Positions 48,601 to 62,395 of a DNA stretch of 64,000 nucleotides are shown here, piece after piece. The notes beneath the pieces are model-generated. The model had not been told where the DNA came from and did not search any database. It saw only the letters and a program-made list of their open reading frames with translations. Location: the NCBI GenBank assembly GCA_048772705.1, contig JBLWGC010000173.1, positions 62,001 to 126,000 of the forward strand. Direction: 5' to 3'. This DNA comes from Leidyana gryllorum EB-2025a (Eukaryota > Protista > Apicomplexa). A program made the position numbers and the translations under genes. Position 1 is the stretch's first letter. Each line of letters opens with the position of its first letter.

Positions 48601-51600
48601 TTGTGTGTGGAAAGGATCTCGAAGCCCTGGACACAGCCCTTGTGTGTCATCAAACCACATAACTTGACTTCGTCCACCTCAGTGATAGTCCCTGGGGCCC
48701 CTATCACGCTATCAGTCCCAGGCGGCAGCACATAAAATGGGGTCGGGTCAGAATGATGAGTCTCGGCGATGTCAAAACTGAATCCGCCGGCGCTCTTCGG
48801 TGACCTTGAAGCCGATCGGTTCACACCTCTTTTGGCCGCGGCCGAAGTCCCAGACTGCAAAAAGGTCAATAGACGTTCTTCCTCAGCGCGAAGTCGATTC
48901 CTGCGCGTAGCCATAGCTCTGTTGCGATCATACCCAACGCCTTCAATCAGTGGACTGCAGTCATAGATCTGGCTAAAGTTGATTGGGCTGATGCTCATGT
49001 CCTCGTTGATCTTCAGACTTTGAATGGCCGCTTGAATGTCCATCGCGCCCTGACTACCCATCGTGACTGCGGCCTCAATACCCGCCAGGTGGATTCCAAG
49101 CAGTGGATAAGCCACCTGCATATTGTTGTAGCCAAATGCCTCGGCCGGATAATTGAAAGCGGGACCCAATAGTGTGTGCTCGGATTTGGGAGGTTTGATG
49201 CCCTGATCCAAAGTGGTGACAGACTCGTCCAAGTGGTCGCTGCATCTATCCATTCCACAGATACGAATCGATAGGATCCCGACATTGGCGTGGATCACCA
49301 TGCAGTTCCACTTTGACAACTCCCACATGACTGGAGCCCCGCTGTCACCCTTCGATCTCCAATTCGCGCTCAGCCCATCACTACCTCCACCAACGCCAAA
49401 GTCAACATGACGTGAGAGACGGGCCCATTGATCAATCGCATCTTCGATATCATTGCTGTCGACATCAATGTCATCGTCCCCAGCAACAAGATTCCTCATC
49501 AATGATCGTCGTAGCGGATCTTCCGCGTTAATTCTTGAACCCAAACGTTGGTGCGGTTCCCGGCGACGCTCATGCTGTCTGCTGACGGGACTCAAATCCG
49601 TGACGCCGCCCAAAATGGTCAAACGCGGCAATCGGTCCTCTCCATACAACTGATTGCCCAACCATTCACCTCCCAACTCATCTACTAACGCTCCGTCCTC
49701 AGCCTCCAACAGAGCGCTGAGCTCGCGAGACATCCGACCTTCACTGGTACTTGCATCTGAGGCAGGAGTCGGACGTCGGGCGCCTCCGCGGTGCTCCACA
49801 CTGCTGTCGGACGAAGACGACAAGAGGGAAGACTTCTCTTCACTCAGGCGACTGGTCATCTTTGAAGAGATCACAGACCCCTCAGGCTCGACAAATCCCT
49901 TCTCGTCATACTCGTGACCCTTCGCTTCCATGTAGGAGGCGAATCCTCCTTTCGGAGGCGGAGCCGCCGGAGGTGGCGGGGGCGGTCCCGCACCTCGAGA
50001 CGATATAGCGCCACTGGTTTGTGGGCTTCCTCCGCTTGGACCGCTTCCAGCGCCAGACTTGCCCCGCTTCATCGGGGCGGGTGGCTTGACATTGGCCACC
50101 AGCCAGTCCATCTGGGCAAAAGTATCGAACATATTGGTTGTCGCGGCGGTAAGCTGATGGGCGAAGGGGGCCATACAAATCATACACGAGTTCCCCACTG
50201 CCGACAGTAGAACAATGTCATAAGTGTTTATCTCGAGAGCCAGACGCTTCACCGTCACATCGACATGCATACTCGGCAAGAGTCTGCGGACTGGAAGATG
50301 GAACATCTCCAGAGTGATAGGTGAGAGACGTATTGGATACAGAAGGTAACTCCGATCCGTATGGGAGGCAAGACTTGGGTCAATAGCAGACACCAAATCA
50401 TCTTTGATTTGAATCATCTCTGCGAATGGAGCGATGATGCGATGTGTCGGATAAACTTGTGTGGCGTTGTTGGTACCCGTCATGTCAAGACGAGACACAC
50501 TCCGTCCCTGGGGATTCTGTATTCCTGGACTGGGAGCAAACTTGGCCGGGCCGCCTCTGGAAGGTCCACCGCCTATGGGGGCATCCAGACTAGCAGAGGC
50601 TGCCGCTGACGCTTGTTGGGCAAAACGATTGATCAAAGACTGATAGTATTTGGCCAACTTGTCGTATCCAACAGCCATTTGGTCGCCCAAGAAATACAGC
50701 TGCTTTTGTCCCACAGAGTCGACCATCAGGCCACTGAAACAACTTGACATTCTTTTAATTGCAACACCAGCGGGCAATGAGATCTCGAAGACATCTTTTT
50801 GGTTGTCCGCCTTGGTTCGCATCGCGTGATATATGCTCTTCCGTGGGCTGAGTTTCTTGGTGCGATACTCGAGTGGTGAGATCTCCGCCATTAACCCCTC
50901 GATAAACTGCTCGAATATATTTGTGTCCACCCAATATCACTTACCAAATGATCCACTCCGTCCATTATCGGGAAAGGTATAATCGCTTGAATGGGCTTAT
51001 AGGTGACAATGTCCATCGACATACTGGTGTGCGGTAGGTCACCCCAAGCACATTGAGATCCAAAGTCCCGTCCCTTCTGAACATCCACTTGTTTGCAAAT
51101 GTTGTTGAGGGTGTACAAATCGTGGACGCCTAATGTGTGGATAATGGGTACCATTCCACCCAACACCGACATCACAGTCGGAATCTGAGCGACAATTGAT
51201 ATCTGAGCCATCACTTCTGCCTTGATTTCCATATCTGCTTTGTCTGGAAGACGATACGGACGCATCAGAATGTTGGCTGAGATAGATGGGCACGTGTTTC
51301 TCAACTGATCAACCAGTGACATCGATTTATTGCCTCCTCTGTGAATCATATTCATGATCTTCTGTCTTCGATCCTCGTCAAAGTTGGTCAGCACACCCAG
51401 CACCAGATCACGCTTGCGGGCGCCGCGTGGCCGCGTATCCTCGCGGGCCTTCTTGATCATGGCCGGATCGAGGTTAAATGCCCGTGGGACGAGGAGTATC
51501 ACATGACACTGTAGAATGTCGCCTTCCGGCATGCCACTCTTTCGACTACGACGGGGCCCAGGGGATGCACCTCCATACATACCTCCAGGCCCGGGTGGCC

Positions 51601-54600
51601 CTCCGAAAGCTCCTCCGCGACGTCTCACATCATGTTCAATGAATCTAGCAATCAGATCGTTCTCTGTCAGACGCCCTTCGGCGAGCTTCTGGAGTAGCTT
51701 GGCCTTATTGGCTTTGAACAGACTGTTCTTTTTCAACAGTTCTTCATCGGTGTCTGGACTCTCCGCTGGAATTGGTCCCAGTGCCCCCGCAAAGCCTGTA
51801 ACGCTGGCTACCGTAACGGCATATACATCAATGTTCATCGCCATCTCCCCTGACACCGTCGTGCTGTCCATCGTCATCTCGAAAGACATTCCTTCCAGCA
51901 TGACGGCCAGATCCAGACCTGATCGATCGTAGTTTAGCTTCGCCTTGGGGCTGTGGGGGTCGACTGAAAAACAGTAATCAAAGCCAGTGACACCAGGGAC
52001 TACCTACCTCCCATGTCTGCAGACATCGTGGGCGACTCTCCCATGAGGATGAATAGCTGCAGATCAGTCAAGAAGACCTTGACGACTACATCAGTTGTGA
52101 AGACGAAACGCTTCAGTTTCGATTTGCACTTCTTCAAGATGTTGCTGCAAAGGTTCACATGAGAACACGCGTGTGTGTTTGATAAACTCACTTGTCCAAT
52201 TCGGCTGTAACCAATTCGTATATGTCGTCCAGCTGTGTGATAGTATCAACATCGAGGTAACCGTCCGGATGGCGAACACCAACTCCAGTTTCATGTGGAG
52301 CCAGATCATCATCTCGTTGCAGACTAGGTAATCTGCGCATACAGGGCGGATTCCAGGACGGTCCGACCTCAGCGAGTGTTGACGCACCTCCGAGGCCAAC
52401 AGCTGTTCGCCAGCGATTCAGAGTCTCCTTTCGAAGCGCTTGAACGGCACTGCTCGTGTACTTCATCTCAAAATCGTGACACCAACGCACGACAGTCTTC
52501 TGTGCATCGGTGAGATTCTGGCTCCACGGATCTTCTTCTCTTTCAGGGACCACGCCGCCCTGCATCAGGACGAGTTTGACGAGCCAAGCGTCAAGATAAA
52601 CTTGTGCTTCATCAAACGGAGGTCGGGGTTTCTCCATAGTGGCTTGTATGGCACCCGACCATGTAGGGAAGAGGTTACCATAGACCTCGACCCATGCCAA
52701 GAGTGAGTCGACTTGACTCGGGTTGACACTGAGACGAAGTTTGTCGATATCGACGTCAACTCGGCACATGGGGAGTATTTGATATGCTTTCTCGGCCTTC
52801 TCCGGTTGATCGACGACTAGTTCGATATCATCATCTTCTTGCCCTCCTCCGTATCTACTTCGCCACATACTACGGAACCCGCTTTTACCTCCTCCCACGT
52901 CACTCATGGGTGAAGGGCTTTCGTCTTCTCCGTCGTGTTCAGGAGTCAGATCGTCTCTTTGTGGACTAGACTTTCGATTGAAGGGGCTCGCATTCCTCAG
53001 AAAACTTCTCATTTGACGGAAAGGACTGCGACTTTGTTGACGAACAGAGTCTGATCCGTCGGCAGTCTCTGTTTTATTCCGGCCACGCTGAGGCAGGAAC
53101 TTAGCGGTCGCCTCATAGTAGTTGCCAGCGCGTTGATCCGGGCTGGCCGCGAGAGATGGGGTGTCAGCTACGGCGCCCGGAACGTCGGCGAGTTGGGCCG
53201 GTGCGAGAGTACGGGCGATCTGTTTGAGGACAAAGTCTCTCGTTTTGGTGGTGGTCGAGCCGAATCGCTGTTTGCTAACAACGGGTATCAGACTGAGGCT
53301 GAGCGTGACTGTAATCTCTCGAGGATTCAGTATGAAGTCATGGTATGCGTGTCCGATAGTCTGAACCAGTTGTCGCATTTCGGGCAACATACTTTCTCTT
53401 ATGCGTAGAGCTGGCAGTGGTACGGGCATATCTCCATACTGATTCTTGTAACGGGCCAAGAATCGGGATCTGGGGCTCATCCTCATGAAGGGAGGACGAG
53501 CATCTTTGTAATCTGGAAGGGACTCTGGGGGTACGGTACCCTTCTGTTTGGTGGACTCTTCGTATCTCCGGAGCAATTCGATCTGTTGAACTCTCAAAAG
53601 ATCGTCGATGGCCCGCGCTTCGACACGTCCGTCTCGCTCCTCCAACATACCCCAACGACTTTCCCCTTCGCGGACTTGTTTTTCCATTATCTCCAGTAAC
53701 GAAGCCGCGTCCTTCCAGTGATTATCGGACGGATCATAGAGCCGAACGACACAATATTTGGCAAAGAGATCTCGGAATGGAAATCTCCCGTCCATCGAGA
53801 AAGTGTGGGTGACGCGTGTGGTGGTGACGTCAGACCTCGCCTTCATACTGTTGGGTCCTCCAGGAGCCTCGGTGTCTTTCCCTCGCCGTCTGAAGCTGAA
53901 ACGCGACGGCGACGGATCTGTGGTATTCTGGGGGTCTCTGCGGGGACTGGTGAGTCCCCGATTGCCAACGGAGGTGGTGAGATCACCATCTTTACCCGAG
54001 GATGCTGTTGGAGAATTGGCTCCTCCCTCAGCACCAAAGCCGTCGCCGTTGCCATTTTTACCTCCCCCGAGACCGAACCAACGCATAACGTTCTGAACGA
54101 AGCCAGCCGGGACCTCATCTTCAACGATCTCCGCTGTACCATCATTCTTCCCGCCGTCGCGCAGTGCTGACTGGTATTTGTCCGGAGGTCCAAGACGACT
54201 CTGCATTCGATTCATCTGTCCGGGAGGTCCCTTTCCAGGGGGTCCGAGAGGTGTTGGCTGATCTTCCTCAAAGGAGAGACCATTTTCGCGATGTGAAGGG
54301 ATAGAAAGTATGTGAGGGGTTTTTGCTTGTATCAAGTCAGCTCCTTCGCTATTCTTGGGAATCGCACTCTCATTGGGGAATCTGACCTTGTCGCAGTAAA
54401 CTCCAACACCAAGAATGTTAATTTTCTTTCTAATGATGTTTGCATCAGATCCGGCGATCGAAGATATATGTTTGTACGCCAAGCCATCTTTCGCATTCTC
54501 TTCTTCTCCTGTGAGGTTCCCAACTTTGACAGATGCTATTTGTGCTCCAAGTGCGTATGCGTGAGAATTAGAACTGTACCAATCCTCGAACCGAACGTTG

Positions 54601-55150
54601 ACGTTCTTGACAGTCACTTTGGCACTCTTTCCCAGGCGTAATGCCATCCGCCAGATACACCCATCCTCGAATGCATTCAAGAAAGATGCGCCTTCGTCTG
54701 CCGCCAATAAGGTCTTCTTTCCCGATAGAAAGCCTTCCTTAAATGCAGACACACTCCAATCTTGATGCGGCTGTGTTGAAACAACTAAAACTACGTCCTC
54801 AACAACCACCTTGATGGGATTAGCAAAGAATGACCATAACGGAAGTGACACATGAATTCTCCCAATATAACTGATAACACACACATATCGATTCTCAAAC
54901 CGCTTCAACAACGGCACTCACTTGAACTGAAGCTGCAGCGGTAAGGGAACAAAGTCGAGGACTCCTTGCTTGATTTGAATGTCCTGTAATGTGAGATTGC
55001 CCGCGAGTAGACCCGACAGGTCAATCTGCTCTCCCCTGACAACACCTCTTCGTGCCACGCCCCTACATATCCCCCTTACCTAATGGGTTCGACAAAATGC
55101 TCAATGAATTTGTGGACGCTACTTAGAATCCAGTCCAGTAGCCTGGTCAT
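36612..55150 (-). CDS. VPS13: VPS13-family bridge-like lipid transfer protein (about 5,900 aa by rough estimate)
   Basis: Chorein-N: GNLTLQDIQIK..LPLQLQFKYIGRIHVSLP..PIKVVVEDV..VKNVNVRFED. VAB-like repeats: WAINRV and YRFVNL. C-terminal WLQIDN, IDLLGNP, FIKPIRG and RPRR, then a PH-like end. Confidence 0.92.
41671..41753. repeat. Intronic minisatellite, 19-20 bp unit x about 4.3 (CAAGTGTGTGGGAGTGGGC)
   Basis: Units begin at 41671, 41690, 41709 and 41729, with a partial unit at 41749, all within VPS13 intron 41759-41632. Confidence 0.92.
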
Positions 55151-55368
55151 TCCAAAAAAGCTACTTCTGCTGCTCGCAGCCAACTTGCATGCTGCTATGT
55201 TTTGTGTTCAATCGCGCCCACACTCATTCAAACACTATCAACTCCAGCTCCACCTTACTATCATCCTCACCCAACTACGCATCTAACAATCCCACCTCCG
55301 AACACCCGCCTACACTCATTCTACACTCTGAATCACTACACTCGCATGCAACCCGCTCAACGTGCAGG

Positions 55369-56543
55369 ATGCGGACTCTTACCCTCTTGTCGTCTACGCT
55401 CGGCTCTTTACTCGTTGCTGCATACCCTTTCGCTCCCATAGACTCTTCTTTCGCCACAGAACTCCTAAAAGAAGTCCAAAAAGCCACCGGAACTGAAAGC
55501 ATAGCACACATCCTCAACACAGTCCCCAACTCTTGTTTAACATACGACCAGGTTGCCGACTGCCCCCAATGGACCCCTGAGACTTGCAAACCCGACTCCA
55601 CCGGAAACACACAATGCGTCAGAGTACGAATTATCCCCCAACAAACACAGGTAAGCATTCTGTCAGCGTGCCACACTAGATGACTCCGCCTTCTAATCAA
55701 CTGCTATTTGCTATATCATCCTTTCTACCACCAGGAGAAAGACCGAATCGTCTTAAGGCCTCTCTGCGGCAATGAAGTGTCAAACTTCGCCGTCACAGCT
55801 CAGCTTGTAGGATGTCCAGCAGCCGCCGATAAGCCTCTCTCAAACTTGTACGAACAACTGTACACGCGGTACCAGACCAATTTTGAAAAGGGAGGCAAAG
55901 TAGTGGCCACCGAGAAGAACACTATGGTGGGCGGAATAGGACCCCACGAAGCTGTCACGGGCGAGCTTTACCTCAAGTCCAAGGATGTCACGTCAGTTGT
56001 CCTCATTTTTCCAGATCCGTCGAGCGGTAACACGTGTTTAGCCAGAAGTCTCTCGCCTGCTTCTGCGGAAGACGCACAGCAGGTAAATCTCCCAAAATGA
56101 TGATCTCCAGACTGAATAAATGCCGATTCAGGCGGCAGGCCTTGGGTCCAACACGAGCAGTGGTCAGGCTGATGCCGTTCAGAGCCTCAAACTCTTCTAC
56201 GTAAGTTCAATCGGTTATGGGTGCCGGGTCTTCATTCGTCAATCGATATCAGGACCACAAGAAGGGCAAAACCTGCACAATGAGCGCTTTCTTCAAACAG
56301 TTGGATTTGTTCAAGGTGAGCAGCAGATAATGCCGTACGTCACTGACATGTTGCGTTCAGAAATATGCACCAAAGCCGATTGCGGAGCGTTCGACACAAA
56401 TCGTAAGTCAGACACCGCTCCGCTAGCCAACCTCCATCCCTTTTGCCCAGGACTCCTACTGGCAAGCGATCGTCCAGAAGGCCACCGGCTCAAAGCCTGC
56501 GGCTGTCACAATGACGTGTGAGGAGGCCCTGGCATCGAAATAG
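55369..56543 (+). CDS. Secreted Cys-containing hypothetical protein
   Basis: Signal peptide MRTLTLLSSTLGSLLVAA. About five short introns join in frame, the cysteines are spaced, and the protein ends TCEEALASK-TAG. Confidence 0.7.
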
Positions 56544-56565
56544 AGGACTCATAACACGGAACATC

Positions 56566-57252
56566 TCAATTGGGGGCTATTTCTCCCAACTCCTGTTCTC
56601 CTGGCTTCGAGACTTGAGTGGCTCCGTTCGGGACAACCTCGTCAGCACGACTGAAATATGCATCTAACTCGTTATCCAATCTGTAGAAGACCACCGTGAT
56701 TGAGACACTTGAGCATCCGATGAGGTATCATACCTCTGTTTTTGTACGTCGTCGCCCATGTAAGCATCCAACTGCGCATCAAGCTCGGAAGTGGTGACAG
56801 TGCGACCTCCTCCACGGCCTCCACGACGTCCACCTCGGCCCCGCCTGTTGTTGTTATCTTGACGCTGCATCCGATTTTGTTGCTGGTTGGAAGTGCCTGG
56901 TGCTTGACGCTGTAGTCTTCGGGTATTGGCAATCCTCGGACGGTTCTGAACTGCAAGATTCGCCCGGTGTCCGGTAGGCCCAGCAGCGAGGGCGCGTCCT
57001 CGTCGACCACCCCGTCCGGCTTTATTGACAGCACCCAAGGCGTGTCTTCGAAGCTGCTCGTATTGTCGCATGAGCACCTCTTGGTTCCGTAGGACAGTGT
57101 TCAGAGTTACGTTATCTCCTCCACTTCTGCGTTTAGCCAGGTTGGGTCGCGGGCGATTATCCACCTTCCTTAAGGCTGAGCGGCGAACCATGTACGCAAA
57201 AGCTTGAAATCCTGCTCTCACCTTGAACAGTTTTCCGCGGGGCACGCGCCAT
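56566..57252 (-). CDS. CHTOP/FoP-duplication RGG protein (mRNA export-associated)
   Basis: RGG boxes followed by the duplicated motif TSELDAQLDAYM..RLDNELDAYF; two introns. Confidence 0.8.
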
Positions 57253-57331
57253 ACTCGATTATCTATCGGACCGGGGGCTGTCCAATGACTGTTTTCCACT
57301 GCCGGAAAATTCCCTGGAAAAAAATTCTGCA

Positions 57332-60300
57332 ATGCTGAAATGTAGCTCCAAGGTGCAAGCACCCCTGGTTTATCCGCCAGGCTACGAGCCGTTCAGACGT
57401 AATAATGGGAGTTTGTCGAGCCTGCAATTCTTCCCTTTGTATGGGGACCGTACGATCTGGACAGATTGCTCCCCTCCAACTTTGCCAAATCGGCCAACTC
57501 GCGATCCCTTTGACGACCCTGACATATTTGAGCGTAGTCGATCGACAATTCTGACAAGCATCAAGACCTTTTCAGAGCTGATAAGGTGGGAATGATGGCA
57601 GTGTCCTTGTGTGGATACCTCACTCTGCAGTCTGCCCACTGCACAACGTAACAAGCAAGTGTGTTTCCTCTTAAAGAAGACGGAACATACCTTGGAAGTC
57701 CATGAGGGCGACCCTGATCGGGTGCTTGATGCTGAAGCCTTGTTATTGGCTCGAACGCAGAGTGCTCCGCCCATAACGAGGGAGAGGGGTGCAAAAGGGG
57801 GCGAAGCCATACCGCTTCCGGACGGACCTCAATGGCCGAAGGGAGCTAGTGTCCAGAACAATGTCATTGACTCACTCCTGAAGGCGGCCAAACGCAAGGT
57901 TCGTCCTCGTGAGGTAAATTTCGGGCCTTTTAAGTTGATGCTGGGTGGCGATGACGAAAGCGTGTGTGTGCACACACGCGATATAATTACTCATCCGATC
58001 AATGATGCTGCCATTGAGGGTACAGTAATGGTGTCTAAATTGAACGAAATGAGCGGACGTCAACCGTCAAAGTCAGATTTGTGGGTACAGGTAATGGGTT
58101 GTCGTGGGGTTGTTTTTGTACTTATCTCTGTTTCACGGCACAGGGGACACTTACTGGCGCCTCTATGGTTGCGATTTGTCAGTCTGACGGTATGTCGGCG
58201 ACTGTGGTACCGTTGAATTCGTTGGTGGAACCGACGGATGCGAGTGCAATATTAACGAAAGGCATCGAATTGATCGAGTTTTTGGATCGTGCATGTCAGC
58301 CTGGCAAGTCATACTGGTTGTATAAGGCGCGGGAAGCAACGGTGGCGGCTTTGTTGGATGTGTCACAGTCTGCCGGGACGAGTGGGGTAGAGCCATGGTT
58401 AACGATTGGGATGAACTGTCTGAACGCGGTTGTGGAGTTGAGCACATTGATGAGGAGGTGCATATTGCTATCGAAGCGTCAGCAATTGCGAGAAGTTCAA
58501 ACCGCATTGATAAGCCGCGGGCTGACAGCTGTCAATTCAGTAGTTAGTTCTTCAACCAAGGCAAAGGATCTGAAAGTGGCTTTACTTGCTGCGCGAGTGC
58601 AGATGAAGCTGGATTACCTGTCGGAAGTTTTCGAGGGTATACCTGCTGTAACAACCATCCCACCAACTACTACTACCAGCCCACCAGTGACAAGTCGACG
58701 AAAACGCAAGGGAGACGTGGCAGGGAGCGGTGGAAGCCAGACGAGTACTGGGCCTGGCAAGACACAGAGGGGGGCGGGAGATCAAGCAATTGTGCCTACA
58801 ACAGTGACTCCGCCTATTGAGGTGCTGATAGACATAGTAGAGGAGGTGACGAAGTTGTTGGAGGGTATTGATGGGTCGGCAGATGCTTGGCATCTGTGGC
58901 GCTGTGACGCGTTATTGCGTACAGCAGAATATGTTTGTACCTTATCGGCAAGGTTACGTGCCCGTGAGGTACTTCAGTTGGCTGTGGTACGGCAGAGCGA
59001 GCATTTGGCGGAAGTGGTGGCCGACACATTGACTGTATTTTTGGGCGCCCGAGTAATGGCCTTCAATCGGGTGATGCGAATTATTTGGCAGATTGATGCG
59101 TGGACTCGTCCTTTGCTGGATAAGGCGTTGGAGGAGCGTCGTGAGGAGTTGCATTTGTTTGCTCTGTCGGTATTGACGCGCGAGTGTTTGGGTATGGGAT
59201 TGTTTCTCGCGACTATGCAGTCATTGTCGTCGTCCATGACGGCGCCTGTATCATTGGATGTGTATTTGGGGCGCGAAGGGAGAAAGGAGGGTCCGTTTGG
59301 CCGACAGGATTTCCGGAAGCTTTTGCACGAGCGGTTTCACACAGCTCCATTTGCAGAACGTCAGCGAGTGGCTTCGCTTCTTGATCACCTTCACACTGCA
59401 GAAGACGCAGTGTTCGATCCTCGGTTGGTGGAGTTGTTGAGCAGTCGAGACAGTGTTTGGGATTTGGGTGTAGCGCGAGCGGTGCCCCATTTCCTCCGAA
59501 TGTTGAGACGTCTGGATCTCCCTTGCGTCCGAGACCTGTTACACTCTCTGGGAACTATAGAGCACGAGAAAGCGATTGAGACATCGACTTCTCCTGAAGG
59601 AAGTGATTTGCAAATAGCTCGACTTATTTGCTGTTTCTATCTGTGTGCCGTGGCCAAGTCCCCACGGCTGCAACAAGACTTAGCCGCTGAGACCAACGAG
59701 GTGCTCGCCAATATACTTTTGTCTTTATCCAAGGCATTCCAGGCGAGCAGCTCCCATCACAAGCTGAATCTCAACGTCAATTCGCAAAAGGTCTCTCTCT
59801 TCTCTGACCGAAAGCATCTGGCATACATGCGAGCGCTCAAGTGTGGTGCGATAGCCAGTCAGCTCGCGCCTCTCAGATCAGCTCCCTCACTCGATAAGAT
59901 GACAGCTGAGCAAACCGCAATATCGCAACTCTGCAAAGGCCGCTCGCTATCAATCGGACCTTCAGTCCTCCCATGGCAGCCCCCGACCATCAGTAACAAT
60001 GAGATCCGTGCGGCTCTCCCCCGTCTGGTGGTCGCTCGCAGGGCATATGCCGCCTTGGCTCTCGGCGTGGACATCAATCAATATCTCCCGTATCAAAACA
60101 CTCTGATGACCGGAGAGGAAAAGCTCGTGGATGACACCACGCCGACGACCAAAGCGACGAGCACTGAACATTCATCTGAGACTGCGGCCTCAGAGAGTGA
60201 CAGCAGTAGTTCAAGCGGTATCGTGGCCGTCACTCAGCAGCGTTCAGGATTGGAGAGAACCCGAACCCATCGCGGCAGAAATTCGCCCGTCTCCTCTTCA

Positions 60301-61155
60301 TCTTCGGTCTCGACGGAAGATCCGAGCCTGGCAGTTGGACTGATAGTTGAGAAATTGTCAGCACACATCCGTGACAACAATTCCCCGTCGTCCCCGCTCA
60401 CTGCAGCCGACACTCTTCTCAGCCCTTTCTTGGCACCCGCGTTGAGAATCGCTTTTCTGAATGAGGGCAACGTGTCGCTGACGGAGGGCCTCCGCGAAGG
60501 TCCTGTCCTCAGCAACGAGCGGGATCTGAGTCGGATTGCGGTAAGCAGTTTGCGGACGGCGAAGGATCTGTTTGCCACCATCAATGAGGGCAAAGAGGCG
60601 GCTGTTTGCAATTACTACTTGGGTCGAATCTGTAGTCGAGCCTGGCAAGAAGTCCCAGTGAATTTGGAGAAGGCGTTGGGGTACCTGGAGGCTGCTACAA
60701 GAGAGTTCAATCCTCGTGAGTGCGCACAGGACTTCTGCAACAGCACCCGAGTGACGTTCCAACTCCTGGCGGCTGCAGCCGATACCGAAACTGAGGTAAT
60801 CAACGCGCTGTCGATGGGTTTGGGGATTGAGATGTTATTGACGTCTTTGAAACAAGAAGTTCATCTGAACGATGGCTGGAACTCGGACATACGGAAGCGC
60901 GCTGCTCAGTTAGCAGTGAAACTCCTGAAAATGCGTTCGAGGAAAACTACTGTGCTTAACTCATTTCGGCGTAGTAAACCCTTTCAAGGCGTCACGCAAA
61001 ACCACAGTCTTGAGGATCTCAAAGCGATTTGCAGGTTGTGGCTGAGTGTGGCTGATGAGAGTAGGCTGAAAGAGCTATGTACTGCTCTGTTGAGGAGTGG
61101 CCAAATTGCTGAGGTGATCGCAAAAGTCACCCCAAGAGACCAAAAGAAACATTAA
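57332..61155 (+). CDS. EDRF1-like protein
   Basis: TDCSPP, IKTFSEL..LP..VCFLLKKTEHTL, FGPFKLMLG, DLWVQ and LIEFLDRACQPGKSYWLYK resemble the EDRF1 N-terminal domain. The C-terminus is TPR-like (AVCNYYLG..LEKALGYLEAA). Confidence 0.65.
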
Positions 61156-62395
61156 CAGCAACTGAACAAAACATTTCTAGAACAGACCAATAAGTTCTCT
61201 CGCGCCAGCCTTGACGATAACGTAACTCTCGGAACTTCTGCTCAGCCAATGTCGCCCACAGATCCAAATGTTCATTGTTATGAGCTCGAATGGTTATCGG
61301 GTCACCCAAAGTCCTCGTTGTAGGTAACCATCCAAACCACGTCTCACGATCCACTTGGATGGGCGGCTCCGGCGCAGAAGAAGGACCACCCTTCTGATCC
61401 CCACAAGGGGGCATCAAATTCGGGGGAACATTTGTTTTAACTTGTGCTTCGGCAATTACGGTTCCAGCGGCTGCCATAGCAACCACAGCGGCGGCGTCAG
61501 CACCAATCACATCCTCACCATGATCATTGATCAATGGACAAGTCTCGTCGTTGACGCTCGCAACCGACTCTCTTGCGACTTGAGTGGCACTGAGTCGATC
61601 CTCCCAGCGCGGTACAACCTCGTCTTGTGCCTGTAAATTGGGCTTTTGCTTCAACGAGGCTGCCTCTTTGGCTTCGAATTCGGAAGATGTAGCTGACAGT
61701 CCTGCTGCCGCCGCGGCGGCTGGCACGCCTGTCTTCTGTGCCAACAGCAAAGCAACGTCAGAATGAGTAATCGGAGCGGTTACGGAGCAGTGATCTGCCA
61801 GGGTGGCTTTGAAGGTTTTGTTAGATCCCAGCGAAATTTCAGCTGCACCGCCCTCCTCAATCGCTCTCTGTATGTCGCACGATAGGTGCGCATACCGTGT
61901 ACTCCGGATCTTTCGACCGAATGACTTTAAAAACTCTACCAACATGTTGCTCCTCTCCTCCGCTTCTATGTATTCCTCCACAGCCGCCTGTCCAATGCCA
62001 TGAAGCCATTTCTTCTCAATCACGTAGGCGCCGACTTGTTGAGCCCATTCTTTGGGCGCCCCGCCATGAATGTGCTCGTTTCGCACAAACAAATATACAA
62101 ACCAGTCGCTCTCTAGATCCAACTGGGAAACTTCTGGCGATTCTCTCGCTAACGTGGCCCTTTCCTTCCGACAACTCAGGTCAAAACCGAGGAAAAAGCC
62201 ACCAATGTCTTCCGTGTTAGTCGCCTCAACTGTGCAGGTCAAACTGTGGTCACGTGTTGCCGCTACATCAGCTACACGTGCTGGGTGCCCCATCACCACG
62301 TGTAAGGTACTAGCTATGTAAGTCCCGATTTCTTCCATCGTACGTAGAAAGCTTCTCTTCTCGGCACAACTCGGGATCGTCGGCAACACGCCCAT
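61127..62395 (-). CDS. Hypothetical 422-aa protein
   Basis: Long ORF with an A7 tract just upstream of the ATG. No motif recognised. Confidence 0.7.
   Translation of the reverse strand: MGVLPTIPSCAEKRSFLRTMEEIGTYIASTLHVVMGHPARVADVAATRDHSLTCTVEATNTEDIGGFFLGFDLSCRKERATLARESPEVSQLDLESDWFVYLFVRNEHIHGGAPKEWAQQVGAYVIEKKWLHGIGQAAVEEYIEAEERSNMLVEFLKSFGRKIRSTRYAHLSCDIQRAIEEGGAAEISLGSNKTFKATLADHCSVTAPITHSDVALLLAQKTGVPAAAAAAGLSATSSEFEAKEAASLKQKPNLQAQDEVVPRWEDRLSATQVARESVASVNDETCPLINDHGEDVIGADAAAVVAMAAAGTVIAEAQVKTNVPPNLMPPCGDQKGGPSSAPEPPIQVDRETWFGWLPTTRTLGDPITIRAHNNEHLDLWATLAEQKFRELRYRQGWRERTYWSVLEMFCSVAVNVSFGLLG

Noticed and set aside
53104-53123. FFAT-like motif NYYEATA in VPS13 (also GFADLE near 46575-46595)
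   Set aside because: Each is only a partial match: one lacks the acidic flank and the other lacks the core Ala. Not supportable without scoring.
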